A stretch of 46,540 nt of DNA. Origin: a virus (lineage: Duplodnaviria; Caudoviricetes). The stretch is from IMG/VR virus record IMGVR_UViG_3300034683_000093, positions 1 to 46,540 of that record, one strand, 5' to 3'. The position numbers were made by a program, and so were the translations under genes. The notes beneath the pieces are model-generated. The model was given only the letters and a program-made list of their open reading frames with translations. It was not told the origin of the DNA and searched no databases. Of the stretch, positions 38,852-46,540 are shown piece after piece (within the stretch, counting starts at the first letter, position 1; each line of letters begins with the position of its first letter).

Positions 38852-38864
38852 TTTTTATTTGTTC
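38852..38864 (-). promoter_or_regulatory. Candidate phage promoter motif GAACAAATAAAAA
   Basis: Intergenic copy before the 38828 start. Confidence 0.5.
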
Positions 38865-38873
38865 AATAATTAT

Positions 38874-40016
38874 TTATCGCTGAACCATTTGACCTGAAGA
38901 TTGAGGGAATGCTAATTTATCTCTCACCGTAGCAGTCTGTGATGACCAATTATAAGATTGACAATAACCATGTTGTCCACCACCATAATCACCAATATGA
39001 TCATCATATCCTGCCATTGCAAAACCATCTTTATAATTTTGTAGAGTATGACTTTCTCCAAAATGGTATACAAATAAATAGCTCTTGGTAGCAACACTTA
39101 AAATTGTAGAAGAACTATATGTTAAATAATGAAAAGATGTTCTATCAACCCAATACCCTTTTGTAGCATTTTGAGATAATCCTGCTGGATATTGACTTCT
39201 TGAATAAGTTAAAGAATTTGTTATTGTATCATTATTAAAATTATATACTCTCATAGTAACTGTAGTTTGTGATAGATTTGAAAAAATTGCAATAGTATTA
39301 TTATTTAATGCTTGTCTTGTTGTTTCAACATAAGGTATAGATAAACTTTTGGCAGTAAATGTTTCATTTGATTCTGAAAATGTCCACCAACCACTTGTAT
39401 GGCTCAATGGTGTGAAAGTTGAAATTCCTGCTTGACCACTACCAGAACCGACAATCGCTTTGTCTCCAACACCCATATTATATGCAGATACTTGCATTCT
39501 AGTAGGTAAAGTTGATGATAAATTTCCACCTAATGTTTCACTTGCAAAATCAAACTTTCTCCAATACCAAGTTGAAGTTGTTCTATTATTATCATGTTCA
39601 AAAAAACCTTTAGTTTTTGTTGTTATTCCAGGACAATATGCTACTTTATTACCAGTATTTAATATATCTTGGGCTGTATAAGTTGTTGTATCATATTTTT
39701 GTATCCTTGGTATTGATACACTGCTTTTATATCCACCATATAAATAACCTATAATTTTGGAATCTACACTAAATTTTTCTCTAATTTTGGCATTGATTTG
39801 ATCCAATTGCTGGGATACTTCTGTTTTATTAGCCAAATCAAATGCTGTGGAAAAATTACTTTTATTTATTGTTTTAACAACAAAATCACCATTACTTTCA
39901 TCAATGACTAATAATTTAGTCATATCAACTGCTGCCGCATTAGTTATAGTAGTTTCCTCATTTAGTCTTTTCATTAAATCATATAATAATTTTGTTGAAC
40001 TAACTATATTATTCAT
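38874..40016 (-). CDS. Virion appendage protein with Kelch-like beta-propeller
   Basis: GYLYGGY, GFAMAGY, repeated blade-like segments; N-terminal 80 aa similar to the two small upstream ORFs. Confidence 0.6.
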   Translation of the reverse strand: MNNIVSSTKLLYDLMKRLNEETTITNAAAVDMTKLLVIDESNGDFVVKTINKSNFSTAFDLANKTEVSQQLDQINAKIREKFSVDSKIIGYLYGGYKSSVSIPRIQKYDTTTYTAQDILNTGNKVAYCPGITTKTKGFFEHDNNRTTSTWYWRKFDFASETLGGNLSSTLPTRMQVSAYNMGVGDKAIVGSGSGQAGISTFTPLSHTSGWWTFSESNETFTAKSLSIPYVETTRQALNNNTIAIFSNLSQTTVTMRVYNFNNDTITNSLTYSRSQYPAGLSQNATKGYWVDRTSFHYLTYSSSTILSVATKSYLFVYHFGESHTLQNYKDGFAMAGYDDHIGDYGGGQHGYCQSYNWSSQTATVRDKLAFPQSSGQMVQR

Positions 40017-40258
40017 AACGAATCCAAATAATTATTTAATTGTGTTATAGAAACATTCATTTCAGTTTTAGTAAGTAAGTCAAACTTTTGTGTAAATGTA
40101 TTTTTATCCATAGATTTTAAAACTGGTGTACCAGTAGTATCATCTATAACTACTATTTTAGTTATAGTAATATTTGATAAATCAGTAATTTCTTCATCAA
40201 ATTTATATTTACTAATTAAGTATTGGCACAACTCGGCAAGATTAACAGTGTTTATCAT
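40013..40258 (-). CDS. Small paralogous protein (ITKIVVID family)
   Basis: Aligns with 40273-40509 and N-termini of 38874-40016 and 40520-41452. Confidence 0.72.
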   Translation of the reverse strand: MINTVNLAELCQYLISKYKFDEEITDLSNITITKIVVIDDTTGTPVLKSMDKNTFTQKFDLLTKTEMNVSITQLNNYLDSL

Positions 40259-40272
40259 ATTGGCTTCTCCAT

Positions 40273-40509
40273 TTATTTCACAGAATTAATATAATCATAA
40301 AAATAATTAATTTGATTGTTGAAAACACTTTTTTTAACTAAATTTAATTCATCTATAAAACTACTATTAATACTCTTTAAACTATTATCATTAGAATCAA
40401 TGGCTATAATTTTTGTTATATTAGCAGAAGTAGATGTTATTACTTCGTCTACTTTAAATTTATTTAGCATATCTTTATATAAGTCACTAATTTTAACTCT
40501 ATTAATCAT
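40273..40509 (-). CDS. Small paralogous protein (ITKIIAID family)
   Basis: MINRV...KFKVDEVIT...NITKIIAID aligns with MINTV...KYKFDEEIT...ITKIVVID. Confidence 0.72.
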   Translation of the reverse strand: MINRVKISDLYKDMLNKFKVDEVITSTSANITKIIAIDSNDNSLKSINSSFIDELNLVKKSVFNNQINYFYDYINSVK

Positions 40510-40519
40510 AACTATACCC

Positions 40520-41452
40520 CTACACTATAATATTTACATCAAATGTCATACTTGTATCAGATATATTATAGATTGTTACCATACTATAATCTGAAGATAT
40601 AGCTGTTATACTTGCAGTATCTTGGTAAACATACATATTATATGTAGAACTTCCTATAACATTATCTAATGCATAAACTTGTACTCTTACTCTTGTAAAC
40701 TCACTTGAATTAAGTTGGGGAAATATTGAACTAAGAACATAATCTTTATGACTATTAGCAGATATAGGTGTCCTATCGTGATATCTATAAATCCCTATTG
40801 TTGGTGGTAAAAATGATGCATCTATATAACCATTTTGATTGGTAATAGGTATTACATTTTTATCAGATATATCAGATATAGAATATCCATTTATATAGTA
40901 AAAATATCTTTTATAATTAATACTACTAATTGTTGTTGAATTAGTGTTTATTGTTGCAACCTCTAAACTATTTTCAGTAACAGGTTGTCTTGTATTATAA
41001 AACTTAAATGTATACATATCATTAGTCAAATCATATTGAATGTAACAATAAAATGTTTTATTTTCTGGACTAGTAACAATGCTACTTAAATTAACACTAG
41101 ACCCACTAATTGTATATTGTTTACCTTTATGTAAAAATGACTTATCTCCCCAAGTTATTACAAATCCAGAATATGTAAAATTTGGATTATCATATAAAAT
41201 ACTGATTTTATCATCTGGTAAATTTGTTAAATTATTATAATTAATATCTGTAGATCCATCAACTAATTGTTCTAATCTTACCAAATTTAAATTAGTAACA
41301 ACATCATAAACAGAAATAGCTTTATATGTATTATCATAGCTATCATAAACCATTATTTTATCATCTGTTGAAACATTAGATATACTTTGTTCAGGTGAAA
41401 GTAATTTAGCTAAATTATTAATACTTTCTGCTAACGATCTACTTATCTTCAT
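40520..41452 (-). CDS. Tail fibre-associated structural protein
   Basis: Shares P.NKTFY.Y domain and C-terminal module with 41462-45427. Confidence 0.65.
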   Translation of the reverse strand: MKISRSLAESINNLAKLLSPEQSISNVSTDDKIMVYDSYDNTYKAISVYDVVTNLNLVRLEQLVDGSTDINYNNLTNLPDDKISILYDNPNFTYSGFVITWGDKSFLHKGKQYTISGSSVNLSSIVTSPENKTFYCYIQYDLTNDMYTFKFYNTRQPVTENSLEVATINTNSTTISSINYKRYFYYINGYSISDISDKNVIPITNQNGYIDASFLPPTIGIYRYHDRTPISANSHKDYVLSSIFPQLNSSEFTRVRVQVYALDNVIGSSTYNMYVYQDTASITAISSDYSMVTIYNISDTSMTFDVNIIV

Positions 41453-41461
41453 AAATCACCT

Positions 41462-44400
41462 CTAAATCTCTATCAAAATTCTAAAAGTTCTAGGAACATT
41501 ATCATTATTATAAACTCTTATATATCTATTATCACTTGTTTTTGCAACTGTACATATTGCTTCTGCTTTAACATATTTGTTTTGTGCAATACTACCACTA
41601 TTATTATCCAATACATAAATATGACAAACAGTAGCTTGAACACTTGTTACGTTAAATATTGAATATAAATCAAATTGTTGATATTGCCCAGAATTTAAAG
41701 TTATAGTTGTTTCATATGGTTTAACAAATCTTAAATCATTATTTGTATCAAAATTAGTATCAAATAATTCTGTTGGAATTGTACCATCTTGAGAAACTAA
41801 AATAGAATTTGGTTCTATTGATAATGTTTTGTTTAATTTAAATTTATCAATAAAATATGAATTACCTACATAAAGTACACTATACACACCCACATTATCT
41901 GTGTAACAAGTAGCAAAAAATATTCTGTTTTCTGTTTCTTGTTGTTCTGATATATATGCACGAAATGTAGAATTATTAATATTATCGTTATCTATTTCAA
42001 AATAAATATAAAATGTTTTATTAGATGGATCTGAAACAATATTATGTAAATCAATAGAATCCGCAGCTATATTGATAACTTTACCATTAATTGTTGCTAA
42101 AAATTGATCCCACCCAATTGTAAAAGATGTAGAACCTCTTGCTTGAATTAATGGATCTATTACTGAAAATGATCTATTAACAAAAGAATCTATCATTTTA
42201 CTATCAAAATTTGTATTATTTAAATCTGCTGAATAATATAATTTAGTAGCATTATAAGGAAATGAAGTCGTATAACATAATCCGTAATATGGGTTAATAA
42301 AAAGGTTTTGTCTATTCCATGTTCCACTTGTACCAATTGCTCTATGGAATGTTATGTTTAAATTACTTTTATCAATACTATGTACTAATATTACAAGATT
42401 ATTACCCCCAGGTGCATAAATAAGATATTGTTTTGCTATATATAAGCTACTTCCACTTTCATAGATTGCATTTGCATTAGTCCATTTTACTGTAAATGAT
42501 GAATAACTACTCGATGAACCTTCTTTTAATTTTACATGCTTAACAACATTAAGATTAGTATCTAATAAAACACAATACATTTTATATGTTCTAATATCAC
42601 TTTTTATAAGATAACCATAGTATACAATATAATATTGATTATTTAATAGATATGGTAATACGTATATATTTTGGTTTTGTAAATTTGTTGCAGTAGAATC
42701 TTCACTATAATTTGTTATCAAATCATATAATAAATTATTAGTATTTATAGAATGTGTATGATAAGTAGTAAAATTACCATTAATAAAATCATTATAATTA
42801 TCACAATACTCAAAACTGTTTGAAGTATATGAATACAATCTAAAATTTCCAGTATAATCAAGATATGAATTATAATCAAGTGCGGTTGTGCCCAAATCTG
42901 TGATGTTAGTTATTTGTAATTCATTAGGTATATTTTCATTAAAACCTGTTACAGCTACAGTTCTTGTTCCATATTTTTTAGAACTACCTTTAGTTAATAT
43001 CTTATGGTCAGTTGTATCATTAAATTTTAACAATGATGTGTAAGTTACACCTTTTCCTATGTAACTTTGATCATTAGCTTCATATGTCAAACTTGATTTC
43101 AAAGTTCCAAAAGATGATATGTCCAAAAAATGATTAGATATATAATATGGATCACTATTAGATAATTCATATGAATATAGCACCATATCAAAATGATCAC
43201 CTGGCTTTTTATAATGTAAAAATCTATTTAAATTACTAAAGAAATATAATTTTCTAACTTCCCAATACATATTACCATATTTAACAATATCATAATAATC
43301 TTGATGTGTTGGATAATAAAACTTAATTGGTTTATACACATTATTTTGATCCGTAAAAGTATTAGAATTGGGATCATAAATAATATAGTCTTTATAATTT
43401 CTAAGATAATATGCATTAACAGTATAAATTAGAACACCAACAGTTCTGTTAATTAAAAACTTGCCATTATTATCTTTAAATATATGTAATTGATTTCTAT
43501 GTGTATGATTGAAAATTAAACTTGCCGCATCTGGAATACTCCCATTACTATTATTTATAAATTCACAATCTGAACTAGATAAACTTATAAGTATACCTGT
43601 ATAACTATTAACTAATTGGTAATTACTATCAAATACATAATAAGTAGCCTGACTAACACCTTTTAATCCAAAATACAAATCATCATCTGGATAATATAAT
43701 AAACTATCTAAACTATAGTTATTTTTTAAATCAGTAACATCAATATATGTGTGATTAAAAGGATCACCAGAATCATTATGTAATATGAAATAATACTTTA
43801 TTTTTGCATTATCTTCTTTAGATCTTATTCTACATAAAAATCCATACTCATTACCATCATATATCCAATCTATGAATTCACTATTCGTTAAGAATTGTGG
43901 TCTATACTCTAAACTAGTAGTTCTAAGAGTAGCTAATGAATCAATATTATCTATTACACCAATATATGTCTTATATAAATAATATTTGTTCCAACCACCA
44001 TTTTGATCACCTGTTTCACTGGAACTACCTATTCTTAATTCATAAAATTTTTTATATTGTTTATCATAAATATAGTAATTTGTTGCTCTATATGGATTAA
44101 TACTTCCATCGTATGTAGTGATTAAATTAACAGGTAAAAAATCGTTACTAAATGATTTAATTTTTTTATCTGGGACATTTAAGTTTATAGATGAAAATGG
44201 TATATTTAAATTGTTATCATTGGACAAATCATCTTTAGATACTAAATTTGCTGAAGATTTAAAATTATTTTTATTGATATGTTTACTTTCACTATTTATA
44301 TTAATAACTAATCTATGATTATCATCAAATGTATTCTTGATATTATTAAATATATTAGCATATTTTAAAATATCATTAGAAACACTTCCATCTTGTTCAT

Positions 44401-45427
44401 TAACATCTATTTTATATACATAATTTTTAGTAATTGTTTTACCATCTTTCAGTTTAATCATAAAAGATAAATTAGTATAACCTTTTTTATTTATGCTTAT
44501 AGTAGGAAAATTAGTAGAGGTATATGATGTAATTTGTGGAATAAATACTCTTGATTCAGAATCACCGGCATGAATATATTCACTATCATTAAGATTATTA
44601 TATAATGGATGGTCACCATAATTTTGTCTTAAAAATCCTACATTTACATCTGTTCTATAATAATTACCAGAAAACCAGGCATTAAAATTAGTAACTAAAT
44701 AATTAGCCGTTCTAAAAAATCCAACATATGCTCCATTTTTAGCTGTATTTAAATCGTAAATATTATCCCCATGGTCTGTAATTATAAAAATACCATTGCC
44801 TTTTTCTCTATAATTTATTAAAGCCTGTATTGCAGAATCTGTAATTAATTTATTTGATGTATAATTAGTTGAAAATAATAAAACACAACAATATTCATCT
44901 AGTTCTGATAATGTGCAATCAATCATATTTGATGAGTATTGCTCTCTTCTTTTATAAGTTGGTGTAAATCCAGCAATTCTACAAACTGTATCAATTGATG
45001 TTTTAAATCCATTGCTATTAGTCAAATCTATTACATAATTTGTTTCACTTATATTTTTATCACCTAAAACTAAAACTTTTCTATTGCCTTGATCTAATTT
45101 TATAGGATTTGCAATATAATATAAAGCATTATATAAATATTTAAATGATGCTGACATATTACTAAATGATGACCAACTGGAATTACAATACATATTATAC
45201 CATTTGGGAAATCCACCATCAAATAAAACGTTTCCTTTACCATCCTCCACAACAGCTATAAATGGATTTGGTGGAGTTAATGTATCATAGGCAATATATT
45301 TAGCAAAAATTAAGTTAGGATTATTTATATCATAAATTACACTATCAACTTCTGAGGAAAAATATGCGCTAACAGTTTGAGAACTATTATATTTTCCAGG
45401 AACTGGATTCAACGTAATATGATTCAT
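41462..45427 (-). CDS. Large tail fibre/virion structural protein
   Basis: 1321 aa, Asn/Ser/Tyr beta-rich; N-terminal domain with DGGFPKWYN; C-terminal modules shared with neighbours. Confidence 0.65.
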   Translation of the reverse strand: MNHITLNPVPGKYNSSQTVSAYFSSEVDSVIYDINNPNLIFAKYIAYDTLTPPNPFIAVVEDGKGNVLFDGGFPKWYNMYCNSSWSSFSNMSASFKYLYNALYYIANPIKLDQGNRKVLVLGDKNISETNYVIDLTNSNGFKTSIDTVCRIAGFTPTYKRREQYSSNMIDCTLSELDEYCCVLLFSTNYTSNKLITDSAIQALINYREKGNGIFIITDHGDNIYDLNTAKNGAYVGFFRTANYLVTNFNAWFSGNYYRTDVNVGFLRQNYGDHPLYNNLNDSEYIHAGDSESRVFIPQITSYTSTNFPTISINKKGYTNLSFMIKLKDGKTITKNYVYKIDVNEQDGSVSNDILKYANIFNNIKNTFDDNHRLVININSESKHINKNNFKSSANLVSKDDLSNDNNLNIPFSSINLNVPDKKIKSFSNDFLPVNLITTYDGSINPYRATNYYIYDKQYKKFYELRIGSSSETGDQNGGWNKYYLYKTYIGVIDNIDSLATLRTTSLEYRPQFLTNSEFIDWIYDGNEYGFLCRIRSKEDNAKIKYYFILHNDSGDPFNHTYIDVTDLKNNYSLDSLLYYPDDDLYFGLKGVSQATYYVFDSNYQLVNSYTGILISLSSSDCEFINNSNGSIPDAASLIFNHTHRNQLHIFKDNNGKFLINRTVGVLIYTVNAYYLRNYKDYIIYDPNSNTFTDQNNVYKPIKFYYPTHQDYYDIVKYGNMYWEVRKLYFFSNLNRFLHYKKPGDHFDMVLYSYELSNSDPYYISNHFLDISSFGTLKSSLTYEANDQSYIGKGVTYTSLLKFNDTTDHKILTKGSSKKYGTRTVAVTGFNENIPNELQITNITDLGTTALDYNSYLDYTGNFRLYSYTSNSFEYCDNYNDFINGNFTTYHTHSINTNNLLYDLITNYSEDSTATNLQNQNIYVLPYLLNNQYYIVYYGYLIKSDIRTYKMYCVLLDTNLNVVKHVKLKEGSSSSYSSFTVKWTNANAIYESGSSLYIAKQYLIYAPGGNNLVILVHSIDKSNLNITFHRAIGTSGTWNRQNLFINPYYGLCYTTSFPYNATKLYYSADLNNTNFDSKMIDSFVNRSFSVIDPLIQARGSTSFTIGWDQFLATINGKVINIAADSIDLHNIVSDPSNKTFYIYFEIDNDNINNSTFRAYISEQQETENRIFFATCYTDNVGVYSVLYVGNSYFIDKFKLNKTLSIEPNSILVSQDGTIPTELFDTNFDTNNDLRFVKPYETTITLNSGQYQQFDLYSIFNVTSVQATVCHIYVLDNNSGSIAQNKYVKAEAICTVAKTSDNRYIRVYNNDNVPRTFRILIEI

Positions 45428-45446
45428 TAAATATTTCCCCTATAAA

Positions 45447-46540
45447 TTAAAGTATAATTAAGTTAATTCTAATTTGAATAGTTGAATCTGTTAAATTTTT
45501 AAAGTAACAAATCCTATTATCAGATGAGTAATAAATCGAAACACTATCTTGATCAACTACCCAATTTTGATATGTTGTGCTGGCAGGATCATTATCATAC
45601 ACATGACAATTAATTATGCTTGTTGAAAAATCTTTATTTGGATCTGTTGTTATACTACTAATATTTAAATTATATGTAGCAAAAGAAGGAACAGATACTT
45701 CAATTGCATATTTTTCAACAGTTGATCCATCTAATGTTGTTAATATTTTATGGTATGTACCATCTTCTGCTTGTAATTCAAAATATTTATCAGTTGTGTT
45801 CCATCTAATTTTTCTCCAATAACCTGTATTATCACCATAACTAAACGATATTGATGGATTATCATTTTCATCATCATACAAATATATATTACTTCTATAA
45901 AAATGAACACCATTAGATAATATATCCATTACATTAAAAGTATTACCATTAGTATCAGTAAATGTATATCTTATTCTATCTTGACTGGTATTATCTCTAA
46001 AATTTATAGTCAACCATTTTTGATCAGTGCCATAATCCTTTAAACTAATATAAGCAGAATCACTATCATTATACCATTTTAATGTAGCATTAGATAAATC
46101 AAATGTTCCACTTAATGTATCACCATCTACATTTACAAATCTATTATCTGATTCTGTTTTAGTATAATATCTAGAATCATGTGTATGAGAATCATTGATA
46201 ACTTGTAAATTAACTGTAGTATCACTCAAGTTATTAATTGTTGCGCTACCTGATACATCCCCAGAAAATGTTAATTTAAAATCTCTAACATCAAAATTTA
46301 ATTTATTATTTTCCACCCATACAGATATACCATTTTCTATATTAGTAGGATTTACAGAATTTGCTAAACTATTTACAAAGGCAGTATCCCAATCACTTAT
46401 ATGATCATGTGTATATTGTTTACCATCAACATATGCCTTAGATACAGCATGATGACTATCAGATGGTATTAATGGAACTGATATAGGGGACAAATTCCCA
46501 TTTATCAAATGTTTAAATGAATCATCAGTTTCATCAAATA
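45447..46540 (-). CDS. Tail fibre protein (5' partial)
   Basis: Frame is open to the window edge (..FDETDDSFKHLING); AVSKAYVD, HTHDSRYYTKTESD, GDTLSG fibre motifs; long similarity to 34260-35873. Confidence 0.78.
   Translation of the reverse strand, partial: FDETDDSFKHLINGNLSPISVPLIPSDSHHAVSKAYVDGKQYTHDHISDWDTAFVNSLANSVNPTNIENGISVWVENNKLNFDVRDFKLTFSGDVSGSATINNLSDTTVNLQVINDSHTHDSRYYTKTESDNRFVNVDGDTLSGTFDLSNATLKWYNDSDSAYISLKDYGTDQKWLTINFRDNTSQDRIRYTFTDTNGNTFNVMDILSNGVHFYRSNIYLYDDENDNPSISFSYGDNTGYWRKIRWNTTDKYFELQAEDGTYHKILTTLDGSTVEKYAIEVSVPSFATYNLNISSITTDPNKDFSTSIINCHVYDNDPASTTYQNWVVDQDSVSIYYSSDNRICYFKNLTDSTIQIRINLIIL

Noticed and set aside
1348-46404. Short plus-strand ORFs (1348, 2587, 5644, 19306, 28923, 33572, 34240, 35377, 38509, 39460, 39847, 40316, 44118, 45616, 46195) and 43228-43416(-)
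   Set aside because: All are antisense to or nested in well-supported genes and lack recognisable motifs
1-46540. Stop-codon reassignment as seen in some AT-rich large phages
   Set aside because: Standard code gives dense full-length genes, with TAA, TAG and TGA all used as stops at sensible boundaries

Overview
Very AT-rich, single-strand-oriented (all credible genes on the minus strand) segment of a large contractile-tailed (myovirus/jumbo-type) phage genome covering part of the tail module. In transcription order it holds tail-fibre/appendage genes (46540-34260, with an embedded U32-like Fe-S protein and a membrane transporter), then a ~24 kb modification island (33972-9930), then baseplate, tail-collar and tail-sheath genes, a substrate-binding-like protein and membrane proteins. 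The island encodes eight radical SAM enzymes, NDP-sugar enzymes, a split transketolase, two deacetylases and many glycosyltransferase-like proteins. At its head, three radical SAM genes (two with SPASM-like Cys clusters) lie directly upstream of a protein with a 138-aa tail of about 19 C-x-C-x-C-x-Y repeats (about 56 Cys), the best candidate here for a new phage-encoded RiPP-like/virion-protein modification system. Four IS200/IS605-family elements with related end hairpins are present: one with an intact iscB plus omegaRNA, two protein-less elements keeping a covarying omegaRNA scaffold, and one tnpB-derived remnant keeping its reRNA region. A recurrent intergenic GAACAAAYA motif is a candidate phage promoter. 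All calls come from reading motifs by eye; no database searches were run.
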